A stretch of DNA of 64,000 bases from Candidatus Poribacteria bacterium (GCA_965116925.1 OZ220744.1:2688001-2752000), one strand, 5' to 3'; shown: positions 40,350-49,905, counted from the first letter of the stretch. A program made the numbers and translations. The notes: a model not told the origin generated them from the sequence alone.

Positions 40350-42899
40350 TTACTTCAAGATAAGCATCTTGCGCGTTGCGGAGTAATCCCCTGCCGACAG
40401 GCTGTAGAGGTAGATCCCACTCGCCGCTGGTTCTCCCGTCTCTAATCTGCCATCCCAATAAGCTGCCTTTGCCCGATCTGTGTAATCCCCCGCAGGCTGA
40501 TACCCCAGATCGAATTGACGTACCACCGCGCCTTTTGTGTCATAAATGGTGAGCGTCACATCGGCATCCTTGGCAAGGTGATACGGTATCCACGTTTCCG
40601 GATTGAACGGGTTAGGATAGTTGGGCAATAGGTCGGAGACTCTCGGAACGGAGACAGTTTCCTGCGGTGGTAATGCTGCTAGGAGTTGTTCAAGGACAGG
40701 GATGCCGCGCCGATAGACGAGCGAGTTGTCATTTGCTGCATGAGCCATATCAATCCACTCTTGGACTACCTCTCGGTTGAGATTCGACGAACCGTCTCTC
40801 TCCGCGCGTGTAGGGGACAGGAATGCGATTGGTGCGGTGGGAATCGTCGTTTCGCTAAACAGGGCAGCAACCTTGACGAGATCCAGAATATCAACAACGC
40901 CATCCCCATTGACATCGGCGTTATTCTGCCCTGTTTGTCCTAGGTTTGATCCAACGGATGTCAGATCCAAAATGTTCACCGCACCATCGTGATTGACATC
41001 TCCGGGTTTCATTGAGGGAGTGAACTCCCATAGGAGTACCGTACCGTCATAACTTCCACTCGCGAGTGTGGTGCTATCCGGACTGAACGCCACACTTGAG
41101 ACCGCACTCTTGTGCCCTATAAGGGTGGTTTGAAGTTGTCCGGTGGGGACATCCCACAACCTCACCATCTTGTCATCACCTCCGGTTGCCAGCGTCCTGC
41201 CATCTGGACTGAACGCCACACTAAAGGCATTGTACGTATGTCCTATAAGGGTGGCTTTAAGTTGCCCTGAAGGGACATCCCATAGCCACACCGTACTGTC
41301 ACGACTCGCAGTTACATAGTCCTGACTCCCGGCTGCCAATGTTCTGCCATCTGGGCTGAACGCTATCTCTCTGATATAGTCTCTAGGTCCCGTGAGCGTC
41401 GCTTTGTGCTCCCCTGTGATTGGGTCCCACAGTTGGATTGCTTTGTCTAAACCTGCAGCTGCGAGGAAGGTGCCATCTGGGCTAAACGCCACACTGAAGA
41501 TATCCGATCTGTTCCACATGAAGGTGGCGTATTGTTGCCCTGTGGCAACATTCCACAGGCGCAATGTCCTGTCCCAGTATCCGTTTGCAGTGGCAAGCGT
41601 GTTTCCATCTGGACTGAACGCTACGGTATCGACCGTGTATGTATGCCCAATAAGGACGGTTTTGAGTTGCTCGGTAGCAGTGTCCCACAGTCGCACCGTG
41701 TAGTCTGCACTTCCACTCGCCAGTGTATGACCATCGGGACTGAATGCCATACTATAGACGGTTCCCGAATGTCCAGTGAGGGTGGATTTGGGGGTCCATG
41801 TCGCAACATCCCATAGCTGTATCTCGCTTCCACCTGCACTTGCGAACGTAGTGCCATCCGGATTGAATGCTATTCTTGAACCACCGCCTGTATGTTCTGC
41901 GAAAGTTGTTTTGAATTGCCACGTTGTAGCATCCCACAGTTGCACCTGATTACCGGTCGCACTTGCGAGTGTCGTACCGTCGGGACTGAATGCTAGACTG
42001 CCAATACTACCTGTCTGTCTTGTAAGGGTAGCTTTTAGCGCTCCATTTCTGTCCCACAGCCGTATCGTCTCGTCGCCGCTTCCGCTTACTAGGGTCTGCC
42101 CATCGGGACTGAATGCTAGACTACCAACCCCGTCTGTATGTCCTTCGAGGGTGACTATGGCGTTCCCTGTCCGCGCGTCCCATAGCCGTACCGTTTTGTC
42201 CCTACCCCCACTTGCGAGCGTGATTCCATCCGGACTGAATGCCAAACTTGAAACCGTGCTCATATGTCCTTTAAGGACAGCTTTTGTATCTTCCGTGGTC
42301 GTATCCCATAACCGTATTGTGTCGTCACCCCATCCTCCTCCACTTGCTACAGTGGTACTATCCGGACTGAACGCTACACTTTCAATCCAACGACTGTGCC
42401 CTGTCAGGGTGGCTATGGGTTGTCCTGTCCGCGCATCCCACAGTCGTACCGTTTTGTCCGTACTCCCACTTGCCAACGTAGTACCATCCGGACTAAACGC
42501 TACACTTGAAATCGCACTCGTATGCCTTGTCAGGGTGGCTATGGGTTTCCATGTTGCGACATCCCACAGTCGAACTGTCTCATCGTCCCAACTTCCTGAA
42601 CTTGCGAGCGTGGTACCATCCGGGCTGAACGCTACACTCTCGACTTCGGAAGTATGCTCTGTCAGCAGAGCAAGTTCTGCTCCGCTGTGTACATCGTACA
42701 CCCAGATTCCGATAGCGGTTCCAACTGCCAAGAGATTTCCGTCCGGCGAATACGCGATATCGCTTATCCAGCCTTTGCCAAGCCGCGCTTTAGCTTCCTT
42801 GGGTAGATGCCATTGCGGGGAATCTTGGGCGAAGGTGCTTGATACAAACAGAATGGAGATGAACAATAGGTTGAAGCCAAAAAACATTCCCTTTTTCAT
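40350..42899 (-). CDS. Secreted WD40-repeat/dockerin/FlgD-tail protein (type B)
   Basis: Same architecture; AAGGAGG RBS before ATG 42899. Confidence 0.93.
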   Translation of the reverse strand: MKKGMFFGFNLLFISILFVSSTFAQDSPQWHLPKEAKARLGKGWISDIAYSPDGNLLAVGTAIGIWVYDVHSGAELALLTEHTSEVESVAFSPDGTTLASSGSWDDETVRLWDVATWKPIATLTRHTSAISSVAFSPDGTTLASGSTDKTVRLWDARTGQPIATLTGHSRWIESVAFSPDSTTVASGGGWGDDTIRLWDTTTEDTKAVLKGHMSTVSSLAFSPDGITLASGGRDKTVRLWDARTGNAIVTLEGHTDGVGSLAFSPDGQTLVSGSGDETIRLWDRNGALKATLTRQTGSIGSLAFSPDGTTLASATGNQVQLWDATTWQFKTTFAEHTGGGSRIAFNPDGTTFASAGGSEIQLWDVATWTPKSTLTGHSGTVYSMAFSPDGHTLASGSADYTVRLWDTATEQLKTVLIGHTYTVDTVAFSPDGNTLATANGYWDRTLRLWNVATGQQYATFMWNRSDIFSVAFSPDGTFLAAAGLDKAIQLWDPITGEHKATLTGPRDYIREIAFSPDGRTLAAGSQDYVTASRDSTVWLWDVPSGQLKATLIGHTYNAFSVAFSPDGRTLATGGDDKMVRLWDVPTGQLQTTLIGHKSAVSSVAFSPDSTTLASGSYDGTVLLWEFTPSMKPGDVNHDGAVNILDLTSVGSNLGQTGQNNADVNGDGVVDILDLVKVAALFSETTIPTAPIAFLSPTRAERDGSSNLNREVVQEWIDMAHAANDNSLVYRRGIPVLEQLLAALPPQETVSVPRVSDLLPNYPNPFNPETWIPYHLAKDADVTLTIYDTKGAVVRQFDLGYQPAGDYTDRAKAAYWDGRLETGEPAASGIYLYSLSAGDYSATRKMLILK

Positions 42900-42930
42900 G
42901 AGGTTTAACCTCCTTGTTCTGTGACTGTTC

Positions 42931-42947
42931 AGCAATTTTTGTGCCAA
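42931..42947 (-). promoter_or_regulatory. Sigma-54 (-24/-12) promoter of the WD40 array
   Basis: TTGGCAC-AAAAA-TTGCT, GG-N10-GC spacing, just upstream of the RBS. Confidence 0.75.
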
Positions 42948-43396
42948 ACATCTTGCTGAGGGCGAGAACTGGAATTTGATTGATTAAACAGGTGAACTTC
43001 GGCTTTAGATTGGATAGGGGCTGCTATGCGCGAAATACCTATGCAGTTCAGGCTGGGGTTGTGGACTTACATCCGATAGAAGGTGGGGTTAAAACCGTCT
43101 TGAGATAGGGCTGTATTTCGCTTACAGGCAGGGAGGAGATTGCCCAACATCGTGCACACCGGTGCTTACTTTTAGCCTTCAATGTGCAAGGAATCCTTTA
43201 GATAGTTGGCGGATGGAGTCTATGCAATTGGAGCGAGGATTTGCCGATTTGTTCGGGGTTTGGGGCGGTGGGTGGAGGATCAGTTGAGGCTTGGAGGTGT
43301 AATGCAGCTTGGTTGAACTGTTCAAATTTTGAACACCACTGTTTTATGAATAGACACAGTGAAACCAACACGCAATCCACACCTTGGTTATCAAGA

Positions 43397-43494
43397 GTTG
43401 GGTTTCACGGTTTCATTCAACCCAACCTACAACGCTGTGTTGGTTCATTGGTTCGTGTGTAAGAAAGACTGTCGATTTTGGAAAATCGACCTAC
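43397..43494 (-). repeat. Two GTAG REP hairpins plus GTTCATTG repeat
   Basis: GTTGGGTTTC..CAACCCAAC-CTAC; GTCGATTTTGGAAAATCGAC-CTAC. Confidence 0.75.
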
Positions 43495-43524
43495 AGCAGT
43501 CTGTGGGGATCGGGTTTCCTAACT

Positions 43525-44304
43525 TTATAGCTCTGTATCTTCGAGCCAATCACAGAAAGCCATTACGGCCTCCCGAATATCTTCAAACAATGGAATCGCT
43601 TGCTGCGCCAGTGCTACCACCCGTGCTGGTTCTAATTCGTATCCGTAAATGTGGCGCAGCCTATGGCGAAAGCGGCGGTATTCATCTGTGTCCGATAACA
43701 GGTTCTGAGAAAACAGTGGTGGGCGGTTATCCCGTGGTTGCCCCATTTGGTAAAGTAACATCCGATGCCACTGTTCCCCTGTTGGCAGTTCGTCATCCAG
43801 TGTGACAGCAACCCTTTCACAGATGCGCTCAATGCCTGAATAAAAATCGTCCACATAGCTTGCCAACGCCCGGGTGGCGAATTGGTCTGGTTCCTCGCCT
43901 ACTCTCTTCAGAGCTTCAGCAAGCCCTAAAGTGATCGGCTCAATCGCAGCGATTTCAGTCGTTAATCTCGATTTCAGTGCAGCGCGAGGATCTTCAGCCA
44001 TCGGGGACCCTTCCAAAATGTGTTTACGAATTTCTGCGGGAGTTGATTCCAAAAGTACCAGATGGACAGACAGCCACGATGGCACGATCGTTTCCAGAGC
44101 CGCTTCCGCTTCCCAACACGCCTCGTTTGACAGTCCTTCAATAGCCAGATCGAGATCGGAAGCCTCATGCCAAGGGCTATCCCCGACAAGTGAGCCAAAA
44201 GGGATGACCTGCTTCGCGCCGAACTGTTTCTGTAAGACCTCTGCACACTGCTCGGCGATGGAAAGTGCCTCTTGATGACGTTGGGTTAAGCGAGCTGCAT
44301 CCAA
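43525..44304 (-). CDS. Fused MNT (nucleotidyltransferase)-HEPN toxin-antitoxin protein
   Basis: FGSL..SDLDLAIEG (MNT) and FRHRLRHIY (RX4HXY, HEPN) in one frame. Confidence 0.85.
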   Translation of the reverse strand: MDAARLTQRHQEALSIAEQCAEVLQKQFGAKQVIPFGSLVGDSPWHEASDLDLAIEGLSNEACWEAEAALETIVPSWLSVHLVLLESTPAEIRKHILEGSPMAEDPRAALKSRLTTEIAAIEPITLGLAEALKRVGEEPDQFATRALASYVDDFYSGIERICERVAVTLDDELPTGEQWHRMLLYQMGQPRDNRPPLFSQNLLSDTDEYRRFRHRLRHIYGYELEPARVVALAQQAIPLFEDIREAVMAFCDWLEDTEL

Positions 44305-45318
44305 TTACCATCCACCTCTTTCCTCAACAAAATCCTCGACTTCGCGCATTGTCGGCATAAAGTTCGCGCAACCGTGCCGGGTAACAACAATCGCGCCGGT
44401 CGCATTGCCCAAGCGGGCAGATCGTTCCCAGCCCCAGTCTTTCAGGTGTCCATAAATAAAACCGCTGGCGAAGGCGTCCCCCGCACCAAGTGTGTTATAG
44501 ACCTCGACAGGAAATGGGGCGGCGTTGATAACGTCTCCATCGGATAGATGAACGTCGGCACCTTCAACGCCGCGTTTCATCACCAGAGCCTTTGGACCAC
44601 CACTGAGGATTGTCTTAATTGCTGCGTTCACGTCGCCTTCGATATCGGGATTGGAGATTTGGGAGTGGGTAATAGAGAGTTGTGAAGTGTCGGAGAGGCT
44701 TGCTGCTTTGACCTCCTCCTCCGTTCCGAGTGCAATATCGATCACTCGCAGTGCGGATCTGGCGACCACACCGAAAGCGCGGGGGTCATGCCATTGGTCT
44801 GCGCGGAAGTCGAGGTCGAAGAACACGGTCGTTCCAACGGATTGGGCGTATTCAGCGGCAAAGAGGTTCGCGCTTCGACTTGGCTCTTTGCTCAGTCCGG
44901 TGCCAGAAATAAGCAGGGCGCGGCTATCGGCAATTGGCGCAGCGAGGACATCGTCGATGGTGAGTTCGATGTCGGCGCAGTTGTCACGATAGTAGACGAG
45001 CGGAAATCGGTCCGGCGGCTCGATCCCAAGTACAACCGCACTAGTTCGATGTCCCGATTTGTAACAGACAAACTTTGTTTCGACATCTTCATCATTTAGG
45101 AATTTGAGGATGAAGTCCCCCACCGGATCTTCGCCGAGCGCGGTGAGAACAGCGGATCGGAGTCCAAGTCGTCGTGTCCCAACGCTGATATTCGTTGGGC
45201 ATCCACCGACAAACGCGCCAAAGCTGCCGATTTCGGGGAAAGGTGCGCCGATGTCATTGGAGTAGAGATCTATTGAACTGCGTCCGATTGCTAAAATATC
45301 ATAAGTTCGTTCACTCAT
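44305..45318 (-). CDS. iolC: 5-dehydro-2-deoxygluconokinase
   Basis: IGRSSIDLY, VGGCPTNI, PP..FPL.YYR.NCAD, LS.EPSR, D.DFR, GAGDAF. Confidence 0.9.
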   Translation of the reverse strand: MSERTYDILAIGRSSIDLYSNDIGAPFPEIGSFGAFVGGCPTNISVGTRRLGLRSAVLTALGEDPVGDFILKFLNDEDVETKFVCYKSGHRTSAVVLGIEPPDRFPLVYYRDNCADIELTIDDVLAAPIADSRALLISGTGLSKEPSRSANLFAAEYAQSVGTTVFFDLDFRADQWHDPRAFGVVARSALRVIDIALGTEEEVKAASLSDTSQLSITHSQISNPDIEGDVNAAIKTILSGGPKALVMKRGVEGADVHLSDGDVINAAPFPVEVYNTLGAGDAFASGFIYGHLKDWGWERSARLGNATGAIVVTRHGCANFMPTMREVEDFVEERGGW

Positions 45319-45322
45319 CGGT

Positions 45323-46111
45323 TCACCTTGATACGTAATCCTTGAATTTTTCACTTTGTTCTGCGAACCGGCAGGTGATGAGAAAGGCGTCGTTTCCGCA
45401 AGCGATTAACTGAACGCCTGCATCCGCCCACCGTTTGCCACTCTCAAAATCGTTGACGTAGCTGCCGAGGACGATTTGAGATTCCTTCGCCTTGGCGATC
45501 ACCTTTTCGATGCTATCAACAATTAAGGGGTGGTCGAGTTGGCCAGATATGCCGAGTGATGTCGAGAGGTCATACGGTCCGAGGAAGATTGCGTCGAGTC
45601 CATCGGTGGCAAGAATCTCATCGATGTTCTTCACCGATTTTGCGGTCTCGATCTGCCCGATGATAAAAATTTCCTCATTTGCCTGAAGGGTATATTTCAC
45701 ACCGTCTAGTTTCCGAAAATCGCCGTAATCGGTGTGTCCGATTCCGAATGCGACTCCCCTATCTCCGTCAGGCGCGTATTTCGCCCACTTTACAACATTT
45801 TCGATATCTTCGCGGGATTCCACACGCGGAATCATCACGCCGGAAGCACCGGCATCAAGTGCGCGGGAGACAAAATGCCGCTCTTTATCTGGCACCCGTA
45901 CAATACTAGGGAGGTCTGATCCCCTCGCCGCTCTGACGATACGCCCGACTGTTTCCATCGTGAAGGTTGTGTGTTCCATATCTACAATGATGAAATCCGC
46001 CCCGGCACTCGCCAAGATGGTCGCAATCTGCGGCACCGCAAACTCCATCACAAAGGTCCCAACAATGACTTCTCCCCTTCGTAAAGTTGATTTAATCTGC
46101 TTTGCTCTCAT
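45323..46111 (-). CDS. HpcH/HpaI-family class II aldolase
   Basis: DMEH, ALDAGA.GVM.P, QIET, FLGPYDLS. Confidence 0.9.
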   Translation of the reverse strand: MRAKQIKSTLRRGEVIVGTFVMEFAVPQIATILASAGADFIIVDMEHTTFTMETVGRIVRAARGSDLPSIVRVPDKERHFVSRALDAGASGVMIPRVESREDIENVVKWAKYAPDGDRGVAFGIGHTDYGDFRKLDGVKYTLQANEEIFIIGQIETAKSVKNIDEILATDGLDAIFLGPYDLSTSLGISGQLDHPLIVDSIEKVIAKAKESQIVLGSYVNDFESGKRWADAGVQLIACGNDAFLITCRFAEQSEKFKDYVSR

Positions 46112-46228
46112 TTTTTAATTATACCGTCCGCTATTAGAAATCGCATTTTTGGGAGAGGAATCCCCGATGAGTTCTAAACATAATTTGATGTGATGCTCAG
46201 TACAGAAATCTCCTTGACATTAGATATT

Positions 46229-46360
46229 GGCTCATGTAAAAAGAAAGTGCAAAACACGAATCGAAATCGTAGGGGCGGGGTCTCCCCGCCCGCCGTAAGG
46301 GTTGGGGGACCCAACCCCTACGAATATTCGGTTTCTTTGCACTAAATCTTAACATGAGCG
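46229..46360 (+). mobile_element. 132-bp MITE carrying a REP doublet, with 8-bp target-site duplication
   Basis: GGCTCATGT...ACATGAGCG flanked on both sides by TAGATATT; near-identical inverted copy at 57928-58058. Confidence 0.85.
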
Positions 46361-46368
46361 TAGATATT

Positions 46369-48345
46369 TTATCGCCTCGCTGTAAAGAGATTTTCTATTT
46401 CCCGTAATAGTTTTCGCGCACCTGCTTCAGCTTTGGAAGTTCTTTTCATCCTTTTTGAAATCCTTAAAATTCTGTCACAATAGTCGTATGATAGACTCAA
46501 ATCTCCTGCGGCACGGGCATTTTCTGCGACATTAAGATAACAGATTGTTGTGCGTGATAGACTTTGGTTCGCGGCCTCCCATAGGTTGGCATGGGCGTAA
46601 TTGTCCGCTGAAAGGGCGTATAGTCTGCCGGCATCAGCCCAAGTCTGTTCTCTTTCCAAGGCGTCCGCCTGCATAGCATAGTAAGTCCCTGCTTCCTGTG
46701 CACACTGTCGGGCGCGACCATAACGACGGCCGGCTGTGTAGGCAAGTCGTGCTCGCGCGTAACAATCTGCGCCCGATTCCCAATTCTCGGATTCAATAAA
46801 GTTTTGTGCAGATTGTCTATAAAATTCTCCCAGTTTTTTGTACGCCACCCGGCTCCGCCGACTTTTCCCCTCTTGTGCATATTCTTCAGCCAATTGACGC
46901 GTCTGGGCGGCTATCCTCTCATGGGGTGCCTGAACCACCTCATGGAGTTTTCGCAGCACAAATTCTGGGGCAGTCTCCTGTGGGTTGAGCGGTTGAAAGG
47001 TTAGATCGGAACCGGTGCCAATGTCTGTAGGAAGTGGGTCTGAACTTGCGACGGAAGACACATCAGTGGATTCACTAGAAGATAAATGATTGTTAAGCAA
47101 GGTTCTGAGCTGCGCTACCTCGTCAGACGACAATTGGTTAATTAATTCAATCATTTCTCTTGCCGTCGAAGGGGGTTGGAGAGGGATCATTAAGTCCGAT
47201 AAATGTCGAAATATCCAATCCGCTTTTTTGGTTGCTTTGACACTGCTCAAGTAGAGGCGGTGCGCCTGTTGTACCTCTTGCAATGCCTGCTGTGACTGTG
47301 TGCTACCGAGAAGTTGAATGGCTTTATCGTAGTGTAGATTGACTTGTGTTTCGAGTTGAAGCTGATTCTGTTTTTCTACTTTTGCTTTTTGTTCTTCAGC
47401 TATCTCCGATTCAATTTTCTCTGCCGCCTCGGCAGAGACGCGTAAATCCTTTCTGTGTCCAGATAGCATTGCGCCTTGTATCGCTGGATTTGATTGGTTT
47501 ATCATTGTATGCCGCACGGCGTCCGCATACCACGTTTTACGGACATGATTCAAGTCATTGTACAACTCTGAGGCGGTTTGATACCGAGCCTGTGGATCTC
47601 GATGCAATGCCCTCTGCAAAATCTCACGCATATCTTCAGGCAGTTTGTAGTCGAATTCAACCGATTCGCTCTGTTTTCTTACCTGAATTTCAGCTTGCGT
47701 TTTTCCTCGAAATGGGAATTTTCCCATAAACATTTCGTAAAGGATCAGCCCCGTTGAGTAGAGATCCGCCCGATAATCGTAACTTCCTTCGTACTGTTCA
47801 GGTGCCATGTATCTTCGCGTGCCCGTAATTGTTCCTGCATAGTCGGTGCTTGCCTCAAGAATACGCGCGACACCAAAGTCAGAAATTTTCGCTATTTCGT
47901 CAGAAGTCAGCAAAATATTCTGGGGCTTAATGTCTCGATGGATAATGTTCTGCTCATGGGCGGCGATAAGACCGCGGCAAATATCGAGCGCGATATTGAT
48001 TGCTAAATTGCGGCGAAGAGGCGTCGCAGTGATTAACTGACGCAAACTAGGACCGTCAATGTACTCCATAACGATGTAGGCAACGTATTCATCATTGCCG
48101 GGTTCAACGGTATGGATGGAAACAATGTTGGAGTGTCCCCAATTCCGTCCCATCGCGCTCAACTCGGTGAGCAGGTAACGCATTCGTCCCGTGGGATAGA
48201 TCGATTTGGGCAACACTTTAATCGCAACGGTACGGTTCGTAAACTCCTCTTTCGCTCGAAAAACAGAGGCAAAACTACCGTGGTTAATCAGTTTTTCAAT
48301 GCGATATTTCCCTAAGGCCAGTCCGTTTATCTGCATATACACCAT
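46369..48345 (-). CDS. Hanks-type Ser/Thr protein kinase with helical C-terminal region
   Basis: VAIK, HRDIKPQN, DFG, YMAPE, D.YS.G; TPR/SNAP-like tail. Confidence 0.9.
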   Translation of the reverse strand: MVYMQINGLALGKYRIEKLINHGSFASVFRAKEEFTNRTVAIKVLPKSIYPTGRMRYLLTELSAMGRNWGHSNIVSIHTVEPGNDEYVAYIVMEYIDGPSLRQLITATPLRRNLAINIALDICRGLIAAHEQNIIHRDIKPQNILLTSDEIAKISDFGVARILEASTDYAGTITGTRRYMAPEQYEGSYDYRADLYSTGLILYEMFMGKFPFRGKTQAEIQVRKQSESVEFDYKLPEDMREILQRALHRDPQARYQTASELYNDLNHVRKTWYADAVRHTMINQSNPAIQGAMLSGHRKDLRVSAEAAEKIESEIAEEQKAKVEKQNQLQLETQVNLHYDKAIQLLGSTQSQQALQEVQQAHRLYLSSVKATKKADWIFRHLSDLMIPLQPPSTAREMIELINQLSSDEVAQLRTLLNNHLSSSESTDVSSVASSDPLPTDIGTGSDLTFQPLNPQETAPEFVLRKLHEVVQAPHERIAAQTRQLAEEYAQEGKSRRSRVAYKKLGEFYRQSAQNFIESENWESGADCYARARLAYTAGRRYGRARQCAQEAGTYYAMQADALEREQTWADAGRLYALSADNYAHANLWEAANQSLSRTTICYLNVAENARAAGDLSLSYDYCDRILRISKRMKRTSKAEAGARKLLREIENLFTARR

Positions 48346-48447
48346 CCTTATTACTGGGTGGATATGGTAGATTGAAGATTAACACAGACCGAAACAACTG
48401 TCAATATACAAATATACACGCATCTGTGAGGCAGGTGATACCTACAG

Positions 48448-49098
48448 TTATTGATCTGCTTTGGCGATTTGCACGGCTTCTACCAACTTTTTCGCGTTCT
48501 CTGTCAGGAGATCGAACCGCCCATCAGCAATCACCTGATTGTTGACGAGTGCGCTGCCAACACCAAGCGCGGCAGAACCTGCCTTGATGAAGTCTCCGGC
48601 ATTCTCGACACTCACACCTCCAGTGGGAATCATCGGGATATGCGGCAATGGTGCCTTCACATCTTTGATGTAGCTGGGTCCCACGCCACTTGACGGGAAA
48701 ACTTTGACATAGTCCGCCCCGGCTTCCCATGCCGCCAAAATCTCCGTCGGCGTAAATGCCCCCGGCATCACAATTTTACTATATCGGTTGCAGATTTCGA
48801 TAACATCCGGTTTTGTCACAGGGCTGACAACAAACTCCGCACCTGCTAGCATTGCTGCCCGTGCAGTTTCAGCATCGAGTACCGACCCAACGCCTACTAG
48901 CACTTCATCACCGTATTGGGCGGCGACATCACTGATAACGCTTAACGCATTCGGAGTTGTCATCGTCACTTCAATCAGATCGACACCACCCGCTTTGATT
49001 GCTGCTGCAACCTCAATTAATTCAGCGGAGCTATTCGCACGAATGATGGCGACAACCCCACAGGATTCGACCCGTTGCATCTGTTCCAGTTTCGTCAT
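48448..49098 (-). CDS. eda: KDPG/KHG aldolase
   Basis: IEVT.TT, GVGSV, FVVSP, PGAFTPTE, KVFP, PTGGV. Confidence 0.92.
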   Translation of the reverse strand: MTKLEQMQRVESCGVVAIIRANSSAELIEVAAAIKAGGVDLIEVTMTTPNALSVISDVAAQYGDEVLVGVGSVLDAETARAAMLAGAEFVVSPVTKPDVIEICNRYSKIVMPGAFTPTEILAAWEAGADYVKVFPSSGVGPSYIKDVKAPLPHIPMIPTGGVSVENAGDFIKAGSAALGVGSALVNNQVIADGRFDLLTENAKKLVEAVQIAKADQ

Positions 49099-49191
49099 TA
49101 TTTACCTCAATCACGATAGATCGTTCAAAATCATCTAGAATGCTTCAAACCTTGCTTTTCTGTTGTTTGTATGTGTAGCGGATATTTTTCT

Positions 49192-49905
49192 TCATAGAAC
49201 GCCAAGCGGCGGTGTTACAACAATTTCGTCAGTCACCATGCCAGCCGGTTGCATAGCCACAAAGAGAATAGTCTCTGCGACGTGTTCTGGTTTCAACATC
49301 AAATTCAGGTCGGGGTGCCCCTCAATCTCAGTCCAGAATGGCGTGTCGACCGAGCCGGGGGAGACCGCCGTGACGCGGATATTCTCACTCCGCACCTCCT
49401 CCGCCAAAACCTTTGTAAACGCTAGTGCGCCCGCCTTTGCTGCACAATACGCACTTGAGGCTTTAAATGCAACTTTTGCGGCAATGGACAGCACATTGAT
49501 AATTTGACCGGATTGACGTGCCAGCATAGAGGGTAGCACGTATTTGGAGCAGAGATAGGTGCTTTTGAGGTTGGAAGCGACCACCTGCGTCCACACCTCC
49601 GGATCTGAATCAGCGATGGTCTCGAAGACCCCGATTCCTGCATTGTTCACAAGGATGTCTATTTGACCATAAGTCTCTAGCGTTCGGTTGACCAGCGTTT
49701 CTACCGCTTCCGCTTGTATTACATCCGTCGGTACAACGAGAGCTTCCCCCCCCTCTGCGCTTACGAGACTGGCAACTGTTTCGAGGTCATGCTGTGTCCG
49801 TGCTGCGAGGACAACTTTCGTCCCTGCTCGCGCAAACGCCAAAACGGTTGCACGACCGATGCCTCGCGATGCCCCTGTTACGATTGCAACCTTGTCCTTC
49901 AGCAT
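49192..49905 (-). CDS. SDR oxidoreductase, sepiapterin-reductase-like
   Basis: TGASRGIG, NNAG, YCAAK, PGSVDTPFW; adjacent to folE/PTPS. Confidence 0.8.
   Translation of the reverse strand: MLKDKVAIVTGASRGIGRATVLAFARAGTKVVLAARTQHDLETVASLVSAEGGEALVVPTDVIQAEAVETLVNRTLETYGQIDILVNNAGIGVFETIADSDPEVWTQVVASNLKSTYLCSKYVLPSMLARQSGQIINVLSIAAKVAFKASSAYCAAKAGALAFTKVLAEEVRSENIRVTAVSPGSVDTPFWTEIEGHPDLNLMLKPEHVAETILFVAMQPAGMVTDEIVVTPPLGVL

Noticed and set aside
33019..42924. Many plus-strand ORFs (..LASVVPSGLNATL..) in the WD40 region
   Set aside because: Antisense shadows of the repetitive WD40 codons
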